A stretch of DNA of 44,191 nucleotides from Piptocephalis cylindrospora (lineage: Eukaryota). Positions 22,304-34,664 of the stretch are shown here, in pieces. The stretch is from NCBI GenBank assembly GCA_003614145.1, contig KZ987730.1, positions 1 through 44,191 of the forward strand, written 5' to 3'. The notes below the pieces were generated by a model, which made no database searches, was not told the origin of the DNA, and saw only the letters and a list, made by a program, of their open reading frames with translations. Every line of letters starts with the position of its first letter. The stretch's first letter is position 1. The translations under genes and the position numbers were made by a program.

Positions 22304-23131
22304 ATGTCCTCCAAACTCCTTGATCTCTCGTTGGACGAGGCTATCAAGCAAAACAGGACTGAGAGAGAAAAGCCTGCAAGGTCTCAGGCTTCCAGGGGGG
22401 GAGGCAGGCGAGCTAGGCGTTCAGATAGACCTAATCGTCACTCTAGTCCTTACTCTGCACCATCTCGGGGCGTCGAAGCCCAATGGAGGCATGATCTGTA
22501 TGACGGAACCAAAGCCACCTCTCAACTGGGATCCCGGGTGGTGGTGACCGTCGGGGCAGATGGGAGCTCCATAGCGTCGGTTCGCCCTCAAGACGAAGTG
22601 GATCAAGGATTTGTCGGCCGCACCCAAAAGGAGAGGCGAGAGCGGGAGAGCCGAAAGCCCGGGTCTGTTGTCTACATCCGCAACCTGCACTACAATGTCA
22701 CCGATAAAGATCTAGAGGAGCTCATGTCCGAGGTTGGCCCTCTGACTCGTGTCCAACTTCTCTATGACCACGCTGACAGGAGTACCGGAGAGGCCAGCAT
22801 TGGTTTTGAGCGAGTTGAGGATGGCTATCGGGCTGTTGAACGTTACCATAACATGACTCTGGATGGCCAACGTATGGTTCTTTCTATTGCTGAATCCACC
22901 CTGGATCTTACCCCGGTCACCCCTTTCCCTGCTAGGACCAGAGGCGGTATCCGTCGGGATGATCGGGGAATATCTTCTCGGGCTCGTCAACCCATGCGCA
23001 GTGTAGGCGATGGTAGGGGGAGAAGGGCCAGGGAACCCCGTCCCTCCTCTTCCCGTAAGGCTTCAGAGCCTAAGCCTACTCTGGATGAGTTGAATGCCCA
23101 GATGGATGACTATATGCAGGTGGATGGATGA
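22304..23131 (+). CDS. Second ALYREF/Yra1-family RRM protein, intronless, with WxHD motif
   Basis: N-box LLDLSLDEAIK; QWRHDLY; RRM VYIRNLHYNVTDKDLEELM...DRSTGEASIGF...YHNMTLDGQRM; C-box TLDELNAQMDDYM. Confidence 0.85.
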   Translation: MSSKLLDLSLDEAIKQNRTEREKPARSQASRGGGRRARRSDRPNRHSSPYSAPSRGVEAQWRHDLYDGTKATSQLGSRVVVTVGADGSSIASVRPQDEVDQGFVGRTQKERRERESRKPGSVVYIRNLHYNVTDKDLEELMSEVGPLTRVQLLYDHADRSTGEASIGFERVEDGYRAVERYHNMTLDGQRMVLSIAESTLDLTPVTPFPARTRGGIRRDDRGISSRARQPMRSVGDGRGRRAREPRPSSSRKASEPKPTLDELNAQMDDYMQVDG

Positions 23132-23485
23132 GGCTAAGGATGGGGGGTCGAAATGGGATAAAGTATACTTTTTTTTTACAAGTGACACATTGGATCATCT
23201 CAATGTACTACTTTGGATCAAGGAACATTGTTTGGGTCTTTTAGGGGCTTCATGACCAGTTGATCGAATGCAGTCGAGAAGCCATTTTCCGTTCTTCATT
23301 GAAGCCCATCTTTCCTTGCTTGTCAGGTCTCGTCTCTCCCTGGACAAGGAAGGTTCGTTGGTCTTCCATACTCCGCCCCTCACAAATCCAACCCAGTCTG
23401 GTCTCCTCTCCCACATTATCCCCTCCCCCCCACATCCCTTCTCTCCCTTTACCTCCATCACCACAGCTACCGCCGCAGCCACACC

Positions 23486-24025
23486 ATGTACTCGAACCTC
23501 CAACGCCTGGGCTTTGTTGGGTCCACGGCGCTGTCCGCTGTTTTCGCCCTCCTGGCCGCCGTATCCTTCACTGGGGACATGGCACTCCCAGCCGACAACA
23601 GCCTACCTGTGGACCTTCGGGTGGTTCAGAGCAAAGTGCTCCACGGGCGCCATGATATCCCCGAGTATCGTGGGGGTGTCCGGGGCGACTATGTCAAGAT
23701 CAACGTGGACATGGATGCCGATCTCACTGGCTTGTGGAACTGGAACACTAAGCTTGTGTTCGTCGACCTCGTCGCCGAATTCGCCACCCCCACCCATCCC
23801 GCCAATGCCGTGACCATCTGGGACACTATCATCTACGACGCCGATAGCGCCAACCTCCGTCTCCGGGGTATCCAGAACAAATATGCACTCTCCACTCACA
23901 ATCACAAGCTAAAGGAGGGCCAGGTCATGAATCTGACCCTTCAGTGGAATATCGTTCCCTGGGTCGGGGTCATGCGCAACCAGCGACAGGGTGGCCGGAT
24001 TGAGCAGTTTATCTTGCCTGCGTAG
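23486..24025 (+). CDS. SPC3: Signal peptidase complex subunit 3 (Spc22/23)
   Basis: MYSNLQRL start, N-terminal TM, ADLTGLWNWNTKLVFV, VTIWDTII and LQWNIVPWVG. Confidence 0.95.
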   Translation: MYSNLQRLGFVGSTALSAVFALLAAVSFTGDMALPADNSLPVDLRVVQSKVLHGRHDIPEYRGGVRGDYVKINVDMDADLTGLWNWNTKLVFVDLVAEFATPTHPANAVTIWDTIIYDADSANLRLRGIQNKYALSTHNHKLKEGQVMNLTLQWNIVPWVGVMRNQRQGGRIEQFILPA

Positions 24026-24325
24026 GTATTCAGGTGTATCAGTGGACTTGGTGGGTGATTTGGGGATGGGGGGGGCTTCAAGTGTCTTTTTGGTAATACA
24101 CGTAGACTATGTCCTGGAAGGAGGGGGGGGATTGTATTTAGCTCCATCTTGGTTGCATCCTTCTTGACATCCCCTCACACAAACAAAACATTGCTTAATG
24201 ATATAGGGCCGAGATGGGCTCGTCTTGCTTGGCAATAATAACAATACACATACATCGCCCAGCCTTTATCGTGTCCCAGCTCTACACTGTCTGGCTACCC
24301 TTCCCCCCCCTCCCTCCTCGCCCCC

Positions 24326-24624
24326 TCACACATTGCCCCCATCCTCACTACTCTCTTCACCACCCTTCCTCTCCTCATTCTCTTCATCCTCAAGGTCAAC
24401 GCGACGACAATACGTGGCGGGGAACCATCCACTTTCCCCACCCTCCAAATCCACCCCGTACCACCATTGACTCTCCTCATCCACCCGCCATACTCCAATG
24501 AGGTCTCCAGTTCGTTTCAGCGCCAGTTCCCCACTACCCTCCATAGGTCGGAAGGGGAAGGATACTTGACAGACAAAGAGATACTGCAGTTCTTCTTCCT
24601 CCTCCCCCCCTTCCTCCCCATTAA

Positions 24625-24658
<34 letters not shown>

Positions 24659-27600
24659 AATATCGGCCTCCTCCTCTCCTTCTCCTTCCTCCTCTTCATT
24701 TTCATCACCCTCATCTTCCTCCTTGACCCCCTCCATCTCCCCAGGGGCAAGGGCTGCCTCGTGAGAAAGGCCAACATAGGATGCGAGCATCTCCGCATCC
24801 ATCCCCAGCTCAGAAAACGTCGTGCTTACCACCCGGCTACTCGCTCCGGTCCTCACACTATTACTCCGGCTGACCAAGGAGGATCCTCCATTGTCTTTGA
24901 AGACCATGTGTTCCGGGGGGATCGGTGGCATGGGAGGAAGGACTTGTGGTGGTTGAGCACTTTGGTCCTTACCCACCCCCTCGGACCCAGGAGTCACCGG
25001 ATCCATCTGGAGAAACTCCTTCATCTTTCCACCCATAAAGGAGGATTCTGGCCCAAGGCCCAAGCTCACTCGATCGGGCAGCCGAACAGGTGTGGGGAGT
25101 TGGTAAGCAGAAAAGTCGTCTACCCTTTCCTCTGCATCTGCCTCTGCCTCCTCCTTCTCCATCTCATCCTCATCCTCCCCCAGCCCATCTTCCTTCCCCT
25201 CTCTTTCGGGACCATGAGGGGGTTGATCCTCACTAATGAGTGACGCAGGGCTTCTGAGGTGACTCAGTGTCCGAGGGTCCTCCTCATCCCCCGACCCAGT
25301 CATCATCTCCATCCTTTCTCCATCCTCCCAAAGGGTGGATCGAGTCCGGGTCACCCGACGATTTCCCTCGACAATTATCGGCCCTGTCTCCTCTATCGAA
25401 GCCCGGGTCCCTTCATCCGTTGGTGGTCTGATCCCATCTACGGACTCACCATGGGATTCCCAGGAGGTCACTGATTCTAGGGATTGACGTATGGGAGTAG
25501 GGTCGTCGATCGACTCCTTTTTTACCTCAACCCTCGCTTCCTCCTCCTCGACTGTTTCCATCTCCCCAGCTTCCTCAACTTTCTCGATATCCTTCTCTGG
25601 TACAACGGTCACCAATTCAACTTCCTGATCCTTTATCTTTTCTACCTTGGGAATATCGGCAGGAGCTAGAAGAAAATGTAAAGACAATGAGATATTACCT
25701 CCTTCACGAGGCATAGCCTCACCCTTACTCCACTATCCACAAAAAACTTACAAAGTCGACGTTGGGTAGGAACTCGCCCAAGAGCATGCGACTTGGAAGA
25801 GTCCGGAAGAGGGGGAGGGGCTTCCAGGGAGGATGAAGAAGCCTTCCGGGGCTTTCTCATCCCCGTACCCGCACCCAAAATCCTCCCGGTCTTTCCACCC
25901 CCAATGCCCAGCTCCTCCAGCTTCTCCATCCCCCCGGGAGGAGGGGAAGCCATCCTGGGCTTGCCCATGTGTCTCCAGTTCCCATTGAGAACATTAAGGC
26001 CGGTGAACATGGCCAAAACCCCAAATTCCCCGGCCATCGCTTTTTGGTACGAGTCCTTGACCACACTTCGTGGCATGACCTTTCGTTCTGGCCCCTCCCT
26101 ATCAGCCGTATCCCCACCTTCCCCTCCTTTGCGCTCTCCGGTGACTCCACCATTGGACTCCTTGAAAGCACCCTTGCTATCCGAGTCATCCGTAGAAGCC
26201 TTACCTCCTCCCCCAATGGTGGACCCAGGGAAGCAGTATCCATCCCGGATCATCCCTGACCTGACTTCATCCACTCCAGCATGCCACTCTTGGTAAAAAC
26301 TCTCCTGTAATCGACCAATGGCACATACTAGGACGGCTAGAAGTTCGGTAGTTAAGGAGAAGAGTTTGGGGAGTTCCTCAAGCAAAGTGGAGTTCAGAGC
26401 CATGTACTCCTCGGCGCCGGCCTTGACCGAATTAGACACAGAGGATCCCGAGGTGGAGGGAACCGTGGTGGTGGTGGTGGTATGGGATTGGGCTGAGGAG
26501 CCCTGGGCAGTATCCCTCCATTTCCGATAATCCGGGAGACGATAGGCCCATCGACGGATGACGCGCTCAGGAGCGGCGAAAATACCCATGTAAGTGTGCT
26601 CCAGGGCGGGGAAAATTTCTCCTTGTAGAGCCTCATCTAACCGGCTCCACATCTCCTCAGACCCGAGCATCATTCGACGACGATACTCCCCGGCCCAGGA
26701 TGATAGGCCACCTCCCCCTACATACATCATGGAGATACCAGGATGACCAGTGGATATAGAGTCACCAGACCCAGAGGCCACGAGGCTGGATGACCCAGGA
26801 CCGGAGGCTCCACCCATTCTAGGAGAGGTGGAAAAGCTATCACCACTGGCCATGGAACCCCCAAGGTCCAGGGCATCCTCGCCGTAGAAGAATTCAAGGG
26901 CCGAGCTAAAGGAGCACTGGGCTCGAAGGAAGAGACGGACTGAGGCAGCCCATGCCTCAGTATCGCGGATGAGCTGACGACCATGGGCTCGTTGTTGATC
27001 AAAAATGGTAAGCATGCGGGAGATGCTAGATTCTACTCCATCGTCCGGGCCTCCCCGGCTTCCACCAGAAAGCCCATCTAGACCCGAGTCCACCCTACCC
27101 ATTTCCTGCCTAGCTCTTCGTTCGGCTTTGGCCTCCCGACGCTTCTCTCGAAGGCGATGGCGAAGATCTCCAGACTTTGGGGTATCCTCAGTGCGGTCAA
27201 ATCCCTTTCTTTTCCCGCCCCGTTTGACACCACGGCCGGAAACACGGGATGCCATACCCCGTTGATCCTTTCCCTCCCCATCTCCACCAGCACGGTCGGA
27301 TCCAGAAATGGAATTAGACCTGGGCGACCTTGTCCTCCCATCCACGCTCTTGCCCTCCCCATCAGGACCAGGATGACCGCTACCAAGGGATCCAGAATCT
27401 TTGCCTAGCCCAGGGCCCCCAAGGACGATGTGTCGGCCAATGACCCGTTCCACTACGTCTCTTCGACGCTTTACCTCATTAATGTGGTCAGCCATGGCCT
27501 GAAGATCCAAGGCGGTTTGGGAAAGGGAGATATACTCGGGATCAGAGGAATCTGTGGCTTTGATGATGGCATGGACCAGCAGGGGATACTTGAGGACACG

Positions 27601-29888
27601 TTGAACCGGTTTAATCAAAAGAGATCCTAGATCCCAGCTGGTGGTACGGCCCTTGAGCTTTCCTTGACATGCCTATTTGAGAGATGTGGGATAAGGTGAG
27701 CAACAGGGACACATAGTGCAATGAGCTAGAGGAGAGTACGCGCCTGAAGAAAAGAAGCGACGCCAGGATCCACCTTGAGAATGTCAACACGGGCATTCGC
27801 CTTGTCTTGCTTGGAGCAAAAGTCATTGTAGACACGGTGCATCTGGGGCATGAGTCGAGAAAAGCATTGGGCAATGGATTCTGGGGCCTTGTGAGGAGAA
27901 TCATCTAATGTTTTTGGGTCTTGTACATCGGAGGTGGGATCATCCTCTTGGATCAAATCACGCGCCGTGGCATCTTGCATGGATTGGAGAAAGGTGCGAC
28001 TAAAGGCGCGGATGTCATCAAGGTGAGCGAAGATCAATCGAAGGTCTCCGGGTCTTAGGAGACCGAGGGAGCGAAAGCCCTGATGATACACTTCATCCAA
28101 AACATCTAGATCCTTAAGGTAGCTAGCCTCACTTTCGACAAGTTCCCGAATGACCATTTGACGTTGAAAAACACGTTTCCCCCCCTCCTCCCCGGCTCGA
28201 AGGGAGGCGGTGAGGTCGGGGGTGGAGGAGGAGGATGGGCCTATGGTGGCAAACTTACTCGAGGCCCCTTCTTTCCCTTCAGAGAAGAGGGAGTTGAGCG
28301 AGGGCTTGGATGGGATAAGGGGGGGCGGGGACTTTGACCTCGCAGGATCGCCTATCATTCTCCTTGCTGGTAGACTCTTGGAGGAGTACGTGGTAGGGGA
28401 CGAGGGTGATTTTGGATTGACGGAGGAGGAGGATGAGGTAGAGGCGGTGGATGAAGAAGAAGCCTTACGACGTAGGAGAGTAAAGGAGGGAGGACGAGCC
28501 GAAGGAAGCCGACGAGCCAGAGAGGAGAGAGGGGTTGAACGATCAAGCTCAATCTCTATTTGTTCTTGAGGATATGGATTGATGGATTTATCTATGGATG
28601 CAACGGGGGCCCCTTTCTCCCCTTGGATATTATGAACATCCGCCTGGAGCTGACGCTGCTTCTCCAGATCCATGGCCTCTTCAAGGGACAGGGGCTCATC
28701 CTCGGGTCTCTTTGCTAAAGAAGGATTCCGAGAGAGAGGGATGGGCTGATTGAAGAGGTTCTCCATGGAGGCATGTACCTGAGAATGCTTCATACGTATG
28801 GGTTTTGTGGAGGAACGCCGACGACGTAATGGGATGGGTGATAGATCTTCAGGACCGTCGGAAGAATTAGGGATATCTCCTATATTGGGGGAGGATTGCT
28901 TTGAGGGATTGGCGGAGGATTGGACAGAGTCACCTCCCTTTCCCTGTGGACCTTCGTGGAATGAAGCAATCGTAGAAGGAGAGGATGAGGTGGAGGAGGA
29001 TGTGGTGGTGGATGAGGCGGATGAGAATGAGGAAGAGGAGGCTAGCGGGACTGCAGTAAGGTCCACTGGTGAGGAAAGGGTCCTCGGGGGAGAGGAAAAG
29101 CCGAGGGAGGAGGAGGATCCTTCCCCCGTGAGGACCTGAGTCCTTTTTGCATCATCCACTGTTGAGGGTATTGAGGGGGGCAAAGGGTTGGAAGTAGGAC
29201 CATTTGGACATGGGTTGGATGAGGCGGTGGTGGTCAGGGTCCCCAGCTTCCCGCCTAGGGAGGCAGCCAAGGCCTGGAAGGAGGCCTCATCACCAAAGGC
29301 CTGAGAGAGTTGCAGACCATTAAAGTTCCCACTCCTTCGACGGTCATAATTGGCTGATCTCCTCTTTAACTTCTTGGAGCCGGCCAGGGATTCAGCGCTC
29401 TCCCCCCTCCGATGACCATTTTCCTGAGTAGGATCGACGGGGACAGTACCCGAGGAGATGGGATCATCGGAGGGGTTGGAGGAGTCGGCAAGGATTGTGG
29501 CGGCCAGGGCGCCCATAACACCATCGGGTTGAATGTTTTTTGGGAGACGAACAGATTTGATACGGGAGCGACGGGCCGAAGCTCTGGAAGAATGAGAAGA
29601 AGATTTCTTTACGGGTGCATCCGGAGCATTCGGAGCAGCGATGGAGGAGGGGGGGGCCTTTAAATTGGGAATATGAGAATGCATTAGGAGTGATTGAGAG
29701 GATGAAGGATGAAGGGAACCTACAGAGGATTCAGAAACACTGGTCTCGTCAGGGACTAGGGCGTCCGGTGCCGAGGAGTTTGGGCCATGATCATCCTCAC
29801 CCTTTTCGGCTGGGGGAGGGCGGTATGGCACGGTCTGAGCTGAGGAGCTGGGCCCCTCGGAGCCCTCTTCACCCGGTAAGGTAGTCAT
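24326..29888 (-). CDS. Rho GEF with DH domain, probable BAR region and C-terminal SH3 (Gef1/Tuba-like); exons 29888-27744, 27672-25752, 25665-24326
   Basis: DH motifs VIRELVESEASYLKDL and WDLGSLLIKPVQRVLKYPLL...INEVKRR; BAR-like YMALNSTLLEELPKLF; SH3 ELAL...WWYG...GWFPATY. The first intron is GC-AG and the second GT-AG; both keep frame. Confidence 0.85.
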
Positions 29889-30720
29889 GCCTGATGGTCA
29901 CTTGAGGAGGGAAGAGTGAAGAAGGGGAGAGGGTGGATGATCTCGTGCGTAGTTCCAGTCCAATTTGACAATGGGAGGTGTATGGGATCAAAAGGAGAAC
30001 CTAGACAAGGGCTTCTTTGTGTGTGTGTTGTAGCGGAACAGGGTGAGGTGAGTGGCTATTCGGGGAGAATGGTCATGTCGAGCTTCAGCCTATTCTTACC
30101 AAGGATACAATGGCGAGGGAGGGAAGAAAAGAAAAAAGAGGAAACCTCCAGAAAGAGAGAGGGAGACAACGGTAAGGGTACTCAGGATCCGGTGGGTAAA
30201 GAGAACTGTTGGGAGAATGTGAGCAAGTCGGGAGAGGAGCACCGAGTACCGGAAAGGATGCTGACACGACTTGTTCAGGATGGGGGAGGAATGAGAAGAA
30301 GCGCACAGGATGAGAGATGAAAGGGGAAGACAAGACAAGCTGGATGGAGAGGGGGAATGGATCAAGGAAGCTATGGATGGAGGAAGGAGAGGACGGGAGG
30401 GGGAGGAAGGATAGGGCCCGAGAGGTGGCGGACTTTATGGCGCTGTGCTGGGATGAGGGAGGGAACATGGAGCCAAGGCTGGAGTATGTGTGCAGAGAGC
30501 AGGGAGGTTGGCTTGTCTGATTCTGACCTGTCCCAATCCGCCGAGAGGGGACGGAAGGTGCGAATGGGGGGATGAGGGGGGGAGGGGGAGCCTGCTCACA
30601 CCCCGTAATCGGCGCCAAACAGAGTCGATGTGTGTGGGCCGAACATACACATACGGATTTTCTAGGCCCTGAACGAACAGGACGATGAGGAAGGTATGAG
30701 GCGCGTGGTGCATATGCGTG

Positions 30721-30795
30721 TATGTATGTATGTATGTATGTATGTATGTATGTATGTATGTGTGTGCATGTGTGTGTATGTGTGTGTATGTGTGT
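30721..30795. repeat. Microsatellite (TATG)10 followed by a TG-rich imperfect repeat
   Basis: Perfect TATG x10 at 30721-30760, then tgtgtg(c/t)atg units. Confidence 0.95.
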
Positions 30796-31848
30796 GGATC
30801 TTGCGACGTTGTATCAGCAGTTTAAGGGAATGAGACGTGGTGGGGACCAAGCAAGCAAGCGATGCCCTGGGCAAAAAGAGGGCGATCCAGTGCGTTGTAC
30901 AACCACGAGGAGACAGAGAAGGAATACCCTTATGGAAGGGGGGCAGGGGGTTTTGAGGATGACAGGGCAAGTGAGTCTTCATGACACGCTATCATGGATG
31001 AAAATAAGGCAAGAACCACAAGGAAAGCCTCGATTGAGGCTAGGGTGGATACAAGGACTTACAAGACTATAAAGGGCCCATATCTATTTCTAGATAAAGC
31101 GGATTCGTTCTCGTAGTAAAGGAATGATGAAATGGACATGTCCAGGACGTGCAGGATGGACCTGTCAGAATGGGCAGGATGTGATGGGATGGTAGATCAA
31201 GACTAACTAAGGATTGAAATAGGGATGTCCGCAGGGTAGAAGAGCTGCATACTTTTCATCGGATCCAGGTGCGCGCTTCAATGGGATTCATAAAAGTAAA
31301 AGAATTGGATTGAGTCAATGGTCCAGAGCAATGTTTTCTGAAAGGCGGCTAAAGGGATGCACTGAAACGTTGTTTTGATCGGTGATGGCATGTCAGCAAG
31401 GTATGCATTTATTAAACAGACTGAATAGCCCAAGTGAAAATCTGCCTTCCTTCAACATCGATATGACGTTCATTGAAAAAGCACTAATGTCATTTAAATT
31501 CGGTAGCTTTGGCCCTGCCCCAAACCCGACTTGACCATCCGACAGCCAGCAAGAAAAGGGAGTAAACATTCAAGTCCGACGGCTCCATTGACCGCTTTAC
31601 CTGGAAGAATGGGGCAGCGGGGTTTGATTCTCTATCCATTGACCTGATTTTCAATATACTATTCGTATAGCTCCGTGCCAACCGCGTTCATACACGCGCG
31701 CACTCGCTCTTTCTTCCTTCCCTCCTCCCTTCCTCCCTCCCTTCCTCCCTCCCCCATCGCCCGTTAACCTTCACCCTAACTCACTCACTCACTCTCTTCA
31801 CGATCCACGCCCACCTCTTTTGGTCACCCCTCCCACACCCTTGGCCTT

Positions 31849-33601
31849 ATGACTCCCTCGCGCCTCCTACTCCTACTTCTTCCTCTCCTACTTTGTTCTG
31901 TGACCCTGGGTGTCCCGTTCTTTCGGCGACGTGACCGGGTAACAGAGGAGCGCAGTTTTCGTCACATCAAGTGGATGGCTCCTACTGGAGCCTCGAGCAA
32001 GGATGTCCAGCGCAGCCTCACGCTCTTTTGGGAGTTGGAGGTGAATCCTTTTGCTCAAATGCTCGTCTACACGGCTACGAGGATATTCGGGTGCGCACGG
32101 CAGACCAGCCGAGAAAAGCGCAAGGAATGTATCATGACCCTGATCGTCCATTTCACCGGCCGTGCGCTCAATGGAGATAAGCTGAGCAAAATGAGAGGAG
32201 CGTATTATAAGAGACTTTTTCAGGTACCCAGGTCCGTTCGATGGACCCTTAAGCGGCTGCAAACCATAAAGGAGCTACCTCCCCCCAGCTACAAGGAAGT
32301 AAAGTTTAATCAGGGGGATGCCGAGGTGATCTTTGCCAGGGAAGTGAGTCGACTTCTCCATATCCGAAAGTCCTACAAGGCCAAAGATGTATTCGTTCGA
32401 ACCATGTATAGGATGAATCGATTACCTCGATCCCATCATCAACTGGGTGACATGGACGACGTCCGTGCTATCCTCGACAACGACTTTGAAAGGATCATCA
32501 CCAGCTTCTATCATATTGTCGAGGTCATGTACGAGGATACCTTGGACCGTATTAAGAAGTGGGTTCCCCAGTCTTCTTCCTCTTCTCAGGTCTCCCCCCA
32601 GGACTCACCCACTTCATCCGGGCCCTCAGTTGATCCCCACGTTATCCACATGGCCAAGGAGGTAGTGTATGGTCTGGAGCAAAGGATACAAAAGTTTGTC
32701 CAATGGAGATCCAGGTGTATCCAGGCCATCTACCCTGAAAAAACCTACAATGAGATTGCCGATGCACAACCCTCCAATCTCCTTTCGTCAAGATCCTCAT
32801 TAACCCCCCAGGGTAGGTCGCTTGAGGGCGGGGAAGCTATGAGTGGCGCGGGTTCCACGATCTTGGAGGCATCTGGCACGCGTAACTTGGATGGAGCTCC
32901 TTCTGGGGCCAAAAATCCCTCTTCGTCCTCTTCTTCGTCCTCCTCTCACAGACCCAGAAGCGCAGATGTTCCTTCCGGGCTTCCTCGGAGAAGAGTGAGC
33001 TCTAGGAAGGAGGCCCTGAATACCCAAGGCTCGGATGCTACAGCAGAGAGAAATGAGGAAGGACCTTCAGCTGTCAGTGCTGGTTTAGGCATTATACGAG
33101 CCGCTTTGGATCTTTTCGTAACTCCTGTTACATTCACCTTTCCCCCCCTAGAGGGAGATGCTCCCCAGGGTACGAAGAATACCACCCTTGCCCCTCCTAA
33201 CCAACGAGGTAAGGAAGAAAAGGGGTCAATGAGATAAAGGAAAGGCTTCCTTAATAACATTCTCTCTTAATCATCTTGCAGTGCCCCCCAAGCAAGGAGT
33301 ATCCCTGTCAGACCCAGAATCCTCTTCCTCAAAATCCCCTCTGAAACCCTCTGTTCATCCCTCTATGTCTGAGGCAGCTAGTACCTCTACCGTCCCTGCC
33401 ACCACCAATCCCAATATCCATCAGAAAGGACGCCCTAATAACTCTAAAGACCTCGAAACCCCTGATCATCCTGCCTCTTCCGAATTGTCATCCATCCAGG
33501 TCAGGAAATCCTCGCTTTCCTCACCCTCATCTTCATCCTCTACTCATTCAACGAGTGGACCCTCCTCCTCGATTAGACCAGGCACTCCTGGACAATCTTA
33601 G
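31849..33601 (+). CDS. Secreted hypothetical protein; exons 31849-33208, 33282-33601
   Basis: Strong signal peptide MTPSRLLLLLLPLLLCSVTLG, then RRR, a basic and probably helical domain of about 280 aa, and a Ser-rich tail. Intron GTAAGG..CAG keeps frame. Confidence 0.7.
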
Positions 33602-34664
33602 AGGAGGACACTCGATGGATGTGACGTGTAAACCCTTTGTCTCCTTTTCCCTGCGCTCCCCTGATACCCTTCTCTCTCTACTCTTCCATGATCTCCCTCT
33701 ATGCTCCTCACTGTCAAAGTACATATCTCTTTTATCTTCCCCATTAGGCTGAAGGGATTGGCTCTATACTTTTTTTCAGATGGTTCAGATGACCCTTCTT
33801 GACACGTTTGCCCAAGTCTCTGGACAGTTCATGTGAGGACGTCATGAGATCATATCAGGTCTTTGTCTTCACCTCCATTTCAAGCTCCTTTGCTCTTCAT
33901 TGAAGCGTCTGTCTTTTATGGCTTATCTTTTGAAATCTCATCTCCGCCTTCCCCCTCACCATTGAATCACCCGGGCCCATCAGATGATTCGGACCCTCTC
34001 TTGGCCATGTCTTACCCTTCATCTGAACAGTATACGGGCCAGGAATCAACTGGATGATGATATCGCCTTCCATACCGGGGCCTCTTATTGCCGTGGCCAT
34101 GAAAGAATGTCCTGATAAGATACTTTACGCTCCTGCACCCTCGTGGCCCCCTGCTCGATTCCAGATGACCTTGCCCATACCTCTTCAAATACACTACCTA
34201 TCCTCATCCCTTCCCTGTCCCCCGTAGCCCCTGTCCTTGTATCCCTCTCATCCTCCCTTATCCCGCCTTCTTCCCCTATCCCCTCCAAGTCCACCATCTT
34301 GCATCTTCCCTGTCTTCCCATCCGCCTCCTCACCTTATTTGGACTTGACTTGAATCAACCTTTCCTTTCTACCTTCTCGCCCTTCCCCATCCCACCTCGA
34401 AGTCCCCCTTCTCACACCCGTTGAATCCTAGCAGTACGTCTCTTCACGGACCACCACCGCTTCCCCAAATCATCACTTCTCACAGTCCGCTTATCAACTC
34501 CGCTTTATTGGATTGGCCCTATTACCGATCCTTGACTTACCTCATCCCGCCTCATTTCTCCCCCCTACCCTTTCAGGGCATAAAGTCGTGTGTCCTTCCG
34601 CTATCTGAGCGATCTTTTCTTTTCTCTCCCTTCCTTACCTTTTCTCCATTCTCTCCCCGCCACC

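Noticed and set aside
24467..25243. 258-aa Leu/Phe-rich plus-strand ORF
   Set aside because: It is the antisense shadow of the acidic RhoGEF C-terminus.
30662..31072. ORFs with HT or MYVC repeats
   Set aside because: They are translations of the TATG/TG microsatellite.
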